Shown one piece after another: positions 40,601 through 50,634 of a stretch of DNA of 64,000 nucleotides. A program made the position numbers and the translations under genes. The stretch's first letter is position 1. Every line of letters begins with the position of its first letter. Source of the DNA: a virus (taxonomy: Duplodnaviria; Heunggongvirae; Uroviricota; Caudoviricetes); IMG/VR virus record IMGVR_UViG_3300034107_000364. One strand, 5' to 3'. The notes beneath the pieces were generated by a model that saw only the letters and a program-made list of their open reading frames with translations, was not told the origin of the DNA and ran no database searches.

Positions 40601-41376
40601 ATGTATGTAGTGTATCTACTATAGGTGCTGCAAATTATAATAATGGTTTATACATCCATAAGGATCATCCAGATTTACAAAACTTATATACAGATTTACA
40701 AAGTATTGCAACAAACGATGCTGCAGTTACTGATACTGAACAACGAAGTAACGTTCAGGCTATAGTAAATAATGCTATTTATACAATGCCTATTACTGCA
40801 ACCTATGCAACTGGAACTTCATTTATATATAGCGGTATAAATAATTTAATCGGAAACTCATTTGCAGTTTCAGCGATTGATTCAATTCAGTCTACTAAAC
40901 AATTAGCATTCCAAAAAACATCTGGTTTAATTGCAGCTGGTGATAGAACATTTAAAATGTCTTTCGATGCAAATGATCAATATCTTTTAGGTGGTCGTTC
41001 TTGTGGAGCTTTCTTATTTTTATCGCCAATTAATTTAAACACATTAAGAGTAGAAGGTGATGCTAAACAAAGTAGAAAAGAAATTAAATCTGCAGTTGGT
41101 ACACTAGACACTTCTAAATCGCTTTCGGTTGACATCATGTTCCAATATAGAATGACTGATTATTTTGGTAATGATTCATCTAGTGATATTGGTAGAGTTG
41201 GAGGTCAAGCTAAATTAACATTCCCTAATTTAACATATACTAAGAAAATTGGATTAGACATATTTGATAAATACGATCAACAATTTTCGTTTGATATTGA
41301 AGTATTTGCTAAGTACAGTCCAGCTGGTAAAAATCTAAATTCAATTAGAGCCGCTAAGTTGACTAGATTTGCCTAA
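37660..41376 (+). CDS. large virion structural protein
   Basis: 1238 aa with central coiled coil and FN3-like EIRVKSVSEAGYP..SDWSE segment. Confidence 0.6.
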   Translation: MNTNNSISNSLKKLLEINANSLKTFERINEAITTDQQDVPLEIITTDGTKTVYVPSFGYMKRELERLDTNLKSLAGLGKGNTRIKLPDGTYQNIITSTLKSPANDITVFNRPVNFSTKPNYFFEDFLNPLLTTTINVGGQIPTNTEKILVKRILFDSSNAVTVDYFNTNFKNKENIDYATAIRDIAINSLTYTLDEDTRDLPYRNAQYTGKFDVLKINNSKREETVEGVTTKRGIKLYALDKLTYSDSTKAFAETETLKVGDELMIQGGLRNTRYKITRIDGSTNQVELLLVEGYESIKIGADQLGIYKNDDNNLNIQVNVGFNERLLVFIKAIDPDSKILAENWSPGIGFYSNELTLVQTDGSSIRLDDYYKAEVADFGRYINALKEDAIPPATQGITPDAPTLDLNNFKVVQINTHLTANDSADKIKKLAADKVSVEEKIKKLDEIIVKKRAEISTKKYESNIQKDKDKNELNSLITERTSETSLYNSIVNQIQSLASGSNTTKVTPKYRVRGFWAIPEPKKVADTVDQSVVQFIIQYRYLSTSGKASEVSQLPFTEGTRQKTAVFSNWNEMTTKARDRYRDTVSGKFAWQASLVEDAQEVNFNQLDISINEGELVEIRVKSVSEAGYPANPIYSDWSEAITIDFPIAEIDTTNVEALLMSNAAETAAVKISEELTSKGVFTHIDDSFSANEKYYAHSATSIASGFLSAEQKPISVYDKIAELEAQIASLKVTVEVEIGELLVKIMDEDGTVTVINNDTKNQIFAGYYTDEVASLTIKKGHIVTKTFKLLLENTKATKLELVSRLVGDRNLPAYRSTSAGSAIADSGFGVRLNDSGIADTDNKISSDNYYTSEGKYDLVPIQYQNIDATSITSYALLAEAPYQSAQRRGQFVYSRFMDIANQNPLYVTESLLSGALPNLTNYEYPLSYATFQGTAAGIQLIDPNGSGNSVDFIWTGTFGKGDTGVTGNISGDFTKDKIDVCSVSTIGAANYNNGLYIHKDHPDLQNLYTDLQSIATNDAAVTDTEQRSNVQAIVNNAIYTMPITATYATGTSFIYSGINNLIGNSFAVSAIDSIQSTKQLAFQKTSGLIAAGDRTFKMSFDANDQYLLGGRSCGAFLFLSPINLNTLRVEGDAKQSRKEIKSAVGTLDTSKSLSVDIMFQYRMTDYFGNDSSSDIGRVGGQAKLTFPNLTYTKKIGLDIFDKYDQQFSFDIEVFAKYSPAGKNLNSIRAAKLTRFA

Positions 41377-41395
41377 TGCTAACTAATAAATCTTA

Positions 41396-41423
41396 GATAT
41401 ATAACAGAGACAGGAACTCTGTT
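41396..41423 (+). promoter_or_regulatory. putative late promoter GATATATA followed by a hairpin
   Basis: GATATATA 41396-41403 then AACAGAG-ACAGGAA-CTCTGTT. Confidence 0.55.
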
Positions 41424-41442
41424 TAATAAAAGATTTATATAA

Positions 41443-44400
41443 ATGGCATCAATTTCAATTAAGACAATTCCATACGCAACTAGTGTTTTAGCATGTACTA
41501 ATGGACCTGCTGCGAGTGGCACCCTAACATTATATTATAATGACACTACATTTCCAACATTTGGAATAAATGTTATTTTATATACAGATATTGCCATGTT
41601 ATTGGTATTTAATGGTGGTGATACTTGGTATTATAAAGCGATTGGTACAGAGACTATTCAAGTTGATAGCAATGGTAAAATAACTGATATGGCTGTATGT
41701 GCAGCGCCAACTCCAGTAGTTACTGCAACACCAATAGTTACTGCAACACCAATAGTTACTGCAACACCACTTCCACCAACAGCTACTGAAATTCCACCAA
41801 CGGCTACACCAGTTCCTACTGTTGTACCGACGGCTACACCAATTCCACCAACGCCAAGTCCTACACCTGATAGTGTACCGATTGCGATAAGTGCTGCATA
41901 TGGTGTTTCTTGGAATGGAACATTGACTATTACATTGACAGGTCTAGATGATCAGACTACTAATTTATTTTATACTATTGTTGACCAACCTACTAAAGGT
42001 ACATTGACTAGAGTCGGTGTTGCTGGTTCGGCAGTATATTCATATGTGCATACAGCATCTACAATTGGATCTGATTCATTCACATTTACAGTAAAAGATG
42101 GAAATAATCAAACTTCTCCATCTGCTACTATAACAATTAATCCTGCAAATGCAGTTCCTGTGATCGTAAATCCGGGTACAATATATGTAACGCAAAATAG
42201 TTTTTCTAATTTTAATATATCTGTTACCGATTCAGACGGAGACACTGTAACTTTATCTACTATAACTAGTCCTATAAAAGGTGCTATAACAATAAATGGT
42301 CAAACTGGAAATACCATAAGTGTAAAATATACACCTAATTTGGGTATATTTGGTAATGATAGTTGGACTATAAGAGCTACTGATTCAAAGGGTGGACAAT
42401 CTGTACCATTTACGGTTGCGTTTAGTATTATGTCAACGCCTAGGTTTCAGATGAATATTGGATCGTTTGGAAATGATCCAGATTCAATATGTTTTGCTGC
42501 TAAAAATAATTTAGCGTATGGTTCTACTTCTCAGGCAAATAACGTATCACAATTAGTAGCTCGTATTAATGAGGTACCTGCTACACCGGGTACACCTGCA
42601 ATACCTGCAATTCCAGGTGATTCTATTTATTACGATGAAAGTCTAGTTAACAAAGTGGTTCCAGCCAGTTCTATTATAAATTTAGTACCGGTGTCTGATA
42701 GCTCTGCATCTGTAATTTTAGGAATAGATCTTTCTGGTGAAATTATCAGCATTACTCCATGTGGTATTACGTCTACATCGTCTTCTGTAAATGTTAAGTA
42801 TGCTACAAATTCCAGAGATTATTGTTCGGGTGATTATCAATACGTAACGCTATGGTATGAAGGTAGTGTGTCTAAAACTTTAAGTGACTTAGTTAATTAC
42901 GACATACCTCTTTTTAGTAGCGAATATTATTCTAATTTATATACAAGTACAGGCAGTCAACTTGGTCAAATAGATAGCGGAATTTACAGTGCTTTAAATT
43001 CGACCAGTGTTTACTATAAACGATCTACTACAAATACATGGGGTAAATCAAGACCCTCTTCAGATGATTTTGAATGGCTATGTGGTATATTACTTCCTAA
43101 CGAGACTTTTGAATTAACTTCTATTTATAAAACTAATTTATCAGATCCTACTATAAATCAGTTTTGTGCTGGAACTGCAAGTTCAACCTCTTTATTTTAT
43201 GTTAGACAAGAAGGTATGCGACCGTTTAGTGGTTTATTGGAGCTAGCCAAATCAAATACACCTATTTATAAATCTAGTATTGGCGCTACGGTAGAAGATC
43301 CTGATGATTTATTTGAATCTAATATATTTGAAGATAACACCGGATATTTAATTTGGGAAAATCTAGGTGATGGAGTTAATTTTAAATGGTACGGTTATAA
43401 TAATAATAAATTATTGGTATCAGGTGGTGCTATATCTACATATGGTGAGTGTGAAGATTACATCAAACCTGAAATAGTTACAAATGAGTTCATCACTAAT
43501 GGAAATATAGAAAATGTATTTTACGGATTTTATTCATGTACTCCTGAAATTGAAGGACCTCAAGCTGGTAATAATGTTGAGACTTTATTTTGGCCTATAT
43601 ACATCATAGATGGATTGCATACTAATTATCCTGGAGATTCAGGTAGTTATATAAAAGATTTTGTAGATACTTTATCGTTTGGAAACGTCATATCTTCCAG
43701 CAGCTTCGATAGCTGTTTAGAATACAGCTTTAAAATTATTGCTGAAGACATTGATGAAGCTAAATCTTTATTGTTGGCTGCAATTGCAGAAGAAACACAA
43801 GCGCTGTATGTCGCAAATTTAATACCTTCACCAGTTCCACAAAAGCGCCCAGTTGTTTCAAGTGGAACGCAAATTGGTTTAGGAAGTGAAGCTATTATAC
43901 AAGTATACGGAGATACAAAACCATGTATTTCTAATGTTACTGGTTTAGTATTAGAAACTTATACGTTTCCATTAATAGCTGATTATGAAACTATTAAAGC
44001 GGGTCCTAATTTTAGGACTCAAACTAATTATCAATTAGATAATGTTACAAAACCATTATTGAGAACTAATCCAAAATTATCGGGTAATATTAAAATTGTT
44101 ACAAGTTCAAATGGTTCTGTTTATTTAGAAAGTATTAATGCTTCTAAAGAATTGGCCGCTATAAAATATAAAAAGAATGTAGTTAATCCTAATGGTAACT
44201 ATGCAAATGATGTTGCGAATTTCTTTAAAAATACTGGAACACCTTCTGATTTGATTTATTTAACAAAAAGATCTGAATCTGATTTAACAGTATTAGGTTC
44301 TTATGATAAACAAATAGAAGAGGAATACCAATATGGTACAACATATAATTATTCTAAAAACTATGATGAAAATTATAGAATTTTTGCACCTATATGGGCT

Positions 44401-47400
44401 GACAATAATATGCCAGATAATTTTGTAATTTTTAAAGTTAAAAATCCAACAGGTATCGATGCTGCGACAGTTAGTACTGATAACGTTTCAAGAATTCAAG
44501 AGATATTAAAAAATGCTGAAATAGTTAAAACATTTGATCTATCTAAAAAATCAGATTTAGGTAAGTACATTAGAAATCATGTACAACAAGAAACTTTTCC
44601 AAAGGCACCAATTACTGTTTCGTTTGGTAAAAATGACATGACTAGTTTTAATGGTATTGATATTAAGTCTGGTGAATTAACTAGTAAAGGTGAATACATT
44701 TACAAAGATTATGTTGAAGCTGACAAACCTCTTATTGAAGCCAATGATTTTATCACAGATGGTTTTAGAAGAAATGGTATGTTATGTGCTAACTTGTTAA
44801 ACTTAGAGTTTTTGTTTGACGATGAAAGTTCAAGTGACTATAGCGTTAACAGATACTTTGGATTATATGTTGATGCAATTGATTCTGGAATAGGTGAAAT
44901 AAATTCTATAGATAATAATATTATTAAGTTTAGTAATGTTACTTCTTATGTTGATGCTAATAATCCTATTACTGCAATTCCATCACATAAACAAATGTCT
45001 ACTTCGCCTACATTAGGTTACGTGTCAATAAACGATATTTACTATAAGATTTCTAATTCAGGACTTTATGATCCTAAACAATTAGAAGTTAAAATAGATG
45101 ATACTACTGGAAATATACCGAGCACGATTGGAATATCTAACACTGGAAGATCGGTTGATTTAATCAAGACCGATGAAAGAGGTTATGACTTTGTTAAAAT
45201 GTCAATCATAGATGTCCCAGATAGTAGCGATGCAATTGCTGTTGTAAGTTCAAGAGAAGAATCTTACAAGTTTACATTTGTAAAACATACACCAGGTGAA
45301 AATATTAGCATTAATATTGAAGATTCTACTGGACCATATCAATTTACGTTTACTACTGGTTCTACTTTCAATTTAACAATACTTAATATGTTAAACGCTT
45401 GGAACAATTTTACTTTTTTAAATAATCCAACTAATCCGATATTAGAATTAAATATTGATGCAGTTAAAAAATCATTTGTTATTACTGAGATAAAAACAAA
45501 TTTAGGTGATCTTAACATGTATGTTTCTGGAGCAATTAGTTCTATCATAAGAGTTGATCAAATTCAAACAAACATAAATATTCAAAACAGAACATATTCT
45601 GCTAATTATACTTTACCGAAAGGAACATATAGTGGAAAATTCTTTTCTAGTCAAGGTAAATTAGGTGATATTGCTTCTGCTTTAGCAAGTGCTATACATG
45701 CTGATGATAGTGCATTAGATGCATTTAATATTGGATCTGATATTTGGATTAAGTCTAGAATTCCAGGTTATAAATTATTGCAATATACAGTTTTGGTTAA
45801 TAAATCAAATGTTATTGATTTTGTAAAAGTTAACAATAGAGATACTGATAATATTCTAAAATTAAGAGATGGAGCTAATACAGTATTGTTTAAGTGGGAT
45901 GCATATTATTTAACTGGTGGTAATTCTACTGGCAAATCCATCTTTATTAACAATACGACTATTAGCGAAATTTCTATAGGAGATTATCTAGAAACTAGAC
46001 ATGCCAATGAATTTAATAGAGTGTTGGATATTGTTGAAGATATAACTGTTCCTAATTCTACTAGATCTAAATTAATAATGCAATTAAAGTCAGATACACC
46101 TGACGGTGAAGCTAGAGTATTTAATGAAAACATAGTTAAAATTGGACTATTCTCAGCGTATGACATATATGACATGAATTTTGATTTTTACGATACTTCT
46201 AATTCTGATCTAAAAGAACTAGATTATGAAACTAGAACTAACTTAAATTACGAACCATATGAAAATGCTATAGCAAAAATTGATCCTATTACTGGTGAAT
46301 TTAATACTAAGTTAGATGCTAATGATATATTTGATGATAGTTTTGCATTAGATCCTATAAACTATTTCTCAAATCTTTCTGAAATATTATCGGAAGAAAC
46401 TGTAGTAGAAATAGCTGGTCAGAATATTACAAGTGAGTTTGATAGATTAAAAGAAAACGAACTTAAAGAATTTGCTATAAACTCAAGAGTGGTTCCTAAT
46501 ATTAATAAGTGGGTTTTAAAAGATTCATTGACGGTAAGAGATCAACCTTATTATTTAAATACTAATGAGGCTTTTGGTAGAACTAATTTCTCACCAGATT
46601 TAGGTGCTACTAAACGTAATAGAAATGATATGACTCATGAATGGTTTTATATGGATAAAAAACCAAAGTATTTAAGATATGACGAATTAAATGATACGTT
46701 TTCATATGTTAATTTTATTGAAGACTTTGAATTAACTGCTGATTTATTTAAGAGCACTAAGAACAATTATTTTGATAAGTTCATGATAACCGAAGGTTTT
46801 GAAAAGAACCTGGATGCAAATGATATAACGAGTATTTATAATAAGTTTGGTGAATTCACTAGAAGCTATTTAAATCCAGATGATGTAAACAATACTTTCT
46901 TTAAAACAAATCTAAAGAAAAAATATACATTAATCGACGGCGGTGATACTAGTGCTTTTGCTAGTACTATATTTAAGGGATTAAAAGTTGTTCTTAAAAA
47001 TAGAAAAGAATTTACAGAAAAAGTTGCATTAGACTTTGTACCTACAAGTGAATTTAATGGATACAAATTTAGTATTTTATTGAAGACTAATACTGATGTG
47101 AAAACTAATAGTGTTGATTTTGAAGTAATTCAAAATAAGAAATTTAAATTTGTAATATTCTTTATTAACTTAAACATAAGTGATTATTGGATTAAGGGAA
47201 ATATGAATAGAAAACTACTTTATGAATTAAACCATAAAATAGTATACGATCATACAATAGAAGACTATAATTATGCTAACACTTCTTTTAGTGGTGCATT
47301 AAGTTGGAATACTGCGGATTTTACTGGAAGTACACCATTTGTTGTTGAAGGTATTAATCATTTTGATGGATCTGTTCCTAATTTTGAGAATGATATTTTA

Positions 47401-48945
47401 ATAGGTGAAAATGGATTATTTGGAGAAGTATTAATGGACATTTATCCGGAAACTCCTGGTAATACAATGTATAAATTTTCAATTTATTCAATTCAAGATA
47501 CTAACACTATGTTTGTTGTTTCAAAGCCAGTTAATGTTAATGATCCAAATGATATATTAGATGTTACATATTTGCCTAATTATACTCAAAGAAAAATTAA
47601 GTATTATTACACAAATGGAGGTGGTCATATTCACAAGACTCTTTTAGAGAAAATATCTATAAACAAGGTTGCTGATATGATTAATTTAAATGATGATAGT
47701 GTTACATATACTACAGTTGAAGAAGATGGAACTGTAAATAATAATAGATTTACTGTCAACTTCGATGATGGTAATGAAATAATTAAATACGCAACTATTT
47801 CTATTGAGGAAGATAACGATAAACCTAAAAGTTATAAATTATTTAAAGGTATTATTGGTTATAATCTTGTTAGATCTGATGAGGCGTCATACTATCCATT
47901 CTTAGTTAGACATAATGGTGCATACACTGTTGATTTTACACCAGTGATAACATTTACCGATATGTACACTCATTTTAAATCTAATAGAATTCAGGCGAGT
48001 GCAGATCAAAGAGAAACTGGATTAGAGCCTATATTATATAGGCATTCGTTAACTGATGGATATGAATTAACTACGGCTAAATCATATTATGAAAGATATA
48101 ATAGATGCGGTACTGCATTTAATGTAGGATTTATACAAGATGATGGTACGCATGATAAATATTTCGGTGTTATTAAAAACCATTTTTATCACAAGGTTAA
48201 TGAAATAAATCCAACTGGTATTACAAAGCTTTCGGAGTCATCTGATAAACTTCCGTTGTACCCATTAATTGATGAAGTTGCTATTTCTAAAAAAGATGTA
48301 AACGTATTTAGATCTTCATGGGATGCTGGTTATTATACAAGAGCTTTTTCTGGTGGAAAATCAGAAGACATTCCTGGAACATTAGATAACACTGAAGAAA
48401 GATCTTATCTTGCATCTACAGTAATGAAGGTTAAAGATAATTACGATCTTATTTCGTTTAAATATCAGTCTATAAATAGCAAAGAAAAGTTAGATGAAAT
48501 ATTAAGTAACTCTATAAATGAGGCAGAAGTGTTAATGTTCGAAGATGAGAATGAAATTGTTGCTGATTTTTATATTACTGATATTACTACTAGATTATTA
48601 AAAGAAGACGGAGTATTAACTGGAATTCAAAACTATGTAAGTGTTCAAAATTCAGCAGGTGATAAAACAACATTGTCTGATGATGCTGATTTTTATATAA
48701 GTAAAAATATCATCGAACAGTTTGTTGTTGATTCTGTAAAACTGTACACTAAAAGATTCAAAGGGGCTGCATCAAGTATAGTTAGTTCTAATGATATTAA
48801 TTTAATTGGTGATGGAGGATTTTCCCCTGATAATAATTTCACTTATAAACCTCATAAGCAAACGCCTATGAATTTTAGGTTGATATATAATAAAAGATTA
48901 GGATATTCTTACGACATTAAACCTATGATAAAAATAAAGTCATAA
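41443..48945 (+). CDS. giant virion protein with N-terminal adhesion modules (Cys-bounded repeats, PT linker, two cadherin/Big_9-like domains)
   Basis: 2500 aa; VTATP repeats; PTKGTL..GSDSFTFTVKDG and PIKGAI..YTPN..GNDSWTIRATDSKG; presumed core from PLLRTNPKLSGN. Confidence 0.7.
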   Translation: MASISIKTIPYATSVLACTNGPAASGTLTLYYNDTTFPTFGINVILYTDIAMLLVFNGGDTWYYKAIGTETIQVDSNGKITDMAVCAAPTPVVTATPIVTATPIVTATPLPPTATEIPPTATPVPTVVPTATPIPPTPSPTPDSVPIAISAAYGVSWNGTLTITLTGLDDQTTNLFYTIVDQPTKGTLTRVGVAGSAVYSYVHTASTIGSDSFTFTVKDGNNQTSPSATITINPANAVPVIVNPGTIYVTQNSFSNFNISVTDSDGDTVTLSTITSPIKGAITINGQTGNTISVKYTPNLGIFGNDSWTIRATDSKGGQSVPFTVAFSIMSTPRFQMNIGSFGNDPDSICFAAKNNLAYGSTSQANNVSQLVARINEVPATPGTPAIPAIPGDSIYYDESLVNKVVPASSIINLVPVSDSSASVILGIDLSGEIISITPCGITSTSSSVNVKYATNSRDYCSGDYQYVTLWYEGSVSKTLSDLVNYDIPLFSSEYYSNLYTSTGSQLGQIDSGIYSALNSTSVYYKRSTTNTWGKSRPSSDDFEWLCGILLPNETFELTSIYKTNLSDPTINQFCAGTASSTSLFYVRQEGMRPFSGLLELAKSNTPIYKSSIGATVEDPDDLFESNIFEDNTGYLIWENLGDGVNFKWYGYNNNKLLVSGGAISTYGECEDYIKPEIVTNEFITNGNIENVFYGFYSCTPEIEGPQAGNNVETLFWPIYIIDGLHTNYPGDSGSYIKDFVDTLSFGNVISSSSFDSCLEYSFKIIAEDIDEAKSLLLAAIAEETQALYVANLIPSPVPQKRPVVSSGTQIGLGSEAIIQVYGDTKPCISNVTGLVLETYTFPLIADYETIKAGPNFRTQTNYQLDNVTKPLLRTNPKLSGNIKIVTSSNGSVYLESINASKELAAIKYKKNVVNPNGNYANDVANFFKNTGTPSDLIYLTKRSESDLTVLGSYDKQIEEEYQYGTTYNYSKNYDENYRIFAPIWADNNMPDNFVIFKVKNPTGIDAATVSTDNVSRIQEILKNAEIVKTFDLSKKSDLGKYIRNHVQQETFPKAPITVSFGKNDMTSFNGIDIKSGELTSKGEYIYKDYVEADKPLIEANDFITDGFRRNGMLCANLLNLEFLFDDESSSDYSVNRYFGLYVDAIDSGIGEINSIDNNIIKFSNVTSYVDANNPITAIPSHKQMSTSPTLGYVSINDIYYKISNSGLYDPKQLEVKIDDTTGNIPSTIGISNTGRSVDLIKTDERGYDFVKMSIIDVPDSSDAIAVVSSREESYKFTFVKHTPGENISINIEDSTGPYQFTFTTGSTFNLTILNMLNAWNNFTFLNNPTNPILELNIDAVKKSFVITEIKTNLGDLNMYVSGAISSIIRVDQIQTNINIQNRTYSANYTLPKGTYSGKFFSSQGKLGDIASALASAIHADDSALDAFNIGSDIWIKSRIPGYKLLQYTVLVNKSNVIDFVKVNNRDTDNILKLRDGANTVLFKWDAYYLTGGNSTGKSIFINNTTISEISIGDYLETRHANEFNRVLDIVEDITVPNSTRSKLIMQLKSDTPDGEARVFNENIVKIGLFSAYDIYDMNFDFYDTSNSDLKELDYETRTNLNYEPYENAIAKIDPITGEFNTKLDANDIFDDSFALDPINYFSNLSEILSEETVVEIAGQNITSEFDRLKENELKEFAINSRVVPNINKWVLKDSLTVRDQPYYLNTNEAFGRTNFSPDLGATKRNRNDMTHEWFYMDKKPKYLRYDELNDTFSYVNFIEDFELTADLFKSTKNNYFDKFMITEGFEKNLDANDITSIYNKFGEFTRSYLNPDDVNNTFFKTNLKKKYTLIDGGDTSAFASTIFKGLKVVLKNRKEFTEKVALDFVPTSEFNGYKFSILLKTNTDVKTNSVDFEVIQNKKFKFVIFFINLNISDYWIKGNMNRKLLYELNHKIVYDHTIEDYNYANTSFSGALSWNTADFTGSTPFVVEGINHFDGSVPNFENDILIGENGLFGEVLMDIYPETPGNTMYKFSIYSIQDTNTMFVVSKPVNVNDPNDILDVTYLPNYTQRKIKYYYTNGGGHIHKTLLEKISINKVADMINLNDDSVTYTTVEEDGTVNNNRFTVNFDDGNEIIKYATISIEEDNDKPKSYKLFKGIIGYNLVRSDEASYYPFLVRHNGAYTVDFTPVITFTDMYTHFKSNRIQASADQRETGLEPILYRHSLTDGYELTTAKSYYERYNRCGTAFNVGFIQDDGTHDKYFGVIKNHFYHKVNEINPTGITKLSESSDKLPLYPLIDEVAISKKDVNVFRSSWDAGYYTRAFSGGKSEDIPGTLDNTEERSYLASTVMKVKDNYDLISFKYQSINSKEKLDEILSNSINEAEVLMFEDENEIVADFYITDITTRLLKEDGVLTGIQNYVSVQNSAGDKTTLSDDADFYISKNIIEQFVVDSVKLYTKRFKGAASSIVSSNDINLIGDGGFSPDNNFTYKPHKQTPMNFRLIYNKRLGYSYDIKPMIKIKS
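41713..41766 (+). repeat. 18-bp tandem repeat (P[V/I]VTAT) x3 in Pro/Thr linker
   Basis: CCA(G/A)TAGTTACTGCAACA three times. Confidence 0.85.
48882..48889 (+). promoter_or_regulatory. putative internal late promoter GATATATA
   Basis: inside the 3' end of the 2500-aa gene, ~60 nt before the next ATG. Confidence 0.45.
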
Positions 48946-48946
48946 A

Positions 48947-50590
48947 ATGGCAATTAACATTCAAGAGATATTACACCCAAGCGATTCGGACTCTATAAAG
49001 TTTGAGAAAATCAATTATAACTTTGATCAAATTTTAGCGAATGGTGGTGGGCCAATTGGACCAAAAGGTCAAAAAGGTGATCAAGGTCTACAAGGAACTA
49101 CTGGTCAAAAAGGTCAAAAAGGTGAAACAGGACCTATTGGTTTAAAAGGTGTTTCCGGAGCTACTGATAGTCCATGGTACAAAGTTAATGTCGATACAAA
49201 TAATGATGGTCAAAATGAAGTTAGTATTTTAAAACCTAAAATTGGATCAGATTCAAATATGCCTATTATTTGGTTAGGTGATGATGATTTTGTTGAAGAT
49301 GTAACTGATGGTGATATTTCTACTAATGCTAGATTATCAATTGCCAAAGATACTACCTTTGAAAATTATATTAAATTATATCATGCTATCGATAAAGCGC
49401 TTGTAATGACAAGTAATGCTGATGGTATATTTTCTAAATTTAATTGGCAAAATGCATTTGGTAGTTCAAATATAGAGTTTGGAGCTACTACAGATAAAAT
49501 TACATTCCTAGCAAATAATTATGCATTTTCAGCCAGTGGTGTTGGAATGAATTTAAAGTCAATTGGTAATACAAATATCAAACTCAGTAGCACTGGTTTT
49601 GGAATTTTAGATGTAGACATGAATGCTGAATTTAAGGGTTATTTAAGATTGCCTGCTGGTACTACAGGTCAAAGACCTTCTGTACCTCAATTAGGCATGA
49701 TTAGATTTAATACCGATTTAGATATTGTTGAAGCTTATTATAATAATGGTGGAACTCCTGAATGGAGAGAATTATGTACTGATTGTGGAACACCTGTTGG
49801 TGACAGCATCGGTATTTCGGGTGGAGATATAAATGCTAATGCTGATGGATCTCCAGCAACTGATACAATTGAAATTACAGGTGGAGATATAAATGCTAAT
49901 GCTGATGGATCACCATATTCTGCAGTAAGCGCAACATTAAGTGCAGTTGGATCTACTTCACTTACAGCAACTTATAATATTCCAACAACGCTGTATTTAA
50001 ATTATACAATTGCACCTACATCATCTGATCCAGGATCTTCTAACGTATTTGTTAATACTCCTGGATTAACTATCACTCCTGAACCTTCTAGTAATAGAAT
50101 AAAAGTTGTGACAAGCGTTGATGTTGTTGGTAAAACTTGGAACGTAACAGTTAAACATCCGTTAGATTCGAATGTTATGGTAGTTTGGAATATATCATTA
50201 GTAAGTGCTGCAACGCCAACTGCAACACCAGTTGTGCCAACTGCTACACCAGTTCCAGCTCCGACTGCAACCCCTATCCCAGCTGCAACTGCAACAATAA
50301 CTAATGTGGTACATGTTGTTGATGATACTGCTAGCGTTGTTTTCAACTTAAGTGATACTGTTAATTGCTCGGCAGTTACAGTTCAATATGGTTCTAATCC
50401 AACTGGACCGTGGACAGGTGCTACATCGGGATGTTCATCACCTCGTTCAGTAAATATTTTTGGTGCATGTGGTAATACATATTACTTTAGAGTTGTTGAA
50501 ACTAGAAGTGGTTTAACTGATGTTATATCTAATGTATATCAATTCACATATCCAGATTGCGGTGGAGGTGGAGGTGGATCACCTTCATAA
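48947..50590 (+). CDS. collagen-containing short fibre protein
   Basis: EILHPSDS..KINYNF N-terminus, GPKGQKGDQG collagen, LRLPAGTTGQRP..GMIRFNTD fibre motif, PTATP linker, FN3-like end, CGGGGGGSPS tail. Confidence 0.78.
   Translation: MAINIQEILHPSDSDSIKFEKINYNFDQILANGGGPIGPKGQKGDQGLQGTTGQKGQKGETGPIGLKGVSGATDSPWYKVNVDTNNDGQNEVSILKPKIGSDSNMPIIWLGDDDFVEDVTDGDISTNARLSIAKDTTFENYIKLYHAIDKALVMTSNADGIFSKFNWQNAFGSSNIEFGATTDKITFLANNYAFSASGVGMNLKSIGNTNIKLSSTGFGILDVDMNAEFKGYLRLPAGTTGQRPSVPQLGMIRFNTDLDIVEAYYNNGGTPEWRELCTDCGTPVGDSIGISGGDINANADGSPATDTIEITGGDINANADGSPYSAVSATLSAVGSTSLTATYNIPTTLYLNYTIAPTSSDPGSSNVFVNTPGLTITPEPSSNRIKVVTSVDVVGKTWNVTVKHPLDSNVMVVWNISLVSAATPTATPVVPTATPVPAPTATPIPAATATITNVVHVVDDTASVVFNLSDTVNCSAVTVQYGSNPTGPWTGATSGCSSPRSVNIFGACGNTYYFRVVETRSGLTDVISNVYQFTYPDCGGGGGGSPS
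49820..49911 (+). repeat. 32-bp exact direct repeat, 60-bp period
   Basis: GGTGGAGATATAAATGCTAATGCTGATGGATC at 49820 and 49880 (GGDINANADGSP x2). Confidence 0.9.
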
Positions 50591-50634
50591 TATTAAACTA
50601 AAATAAAATTAAAATAAATATAAAAACATAAATA

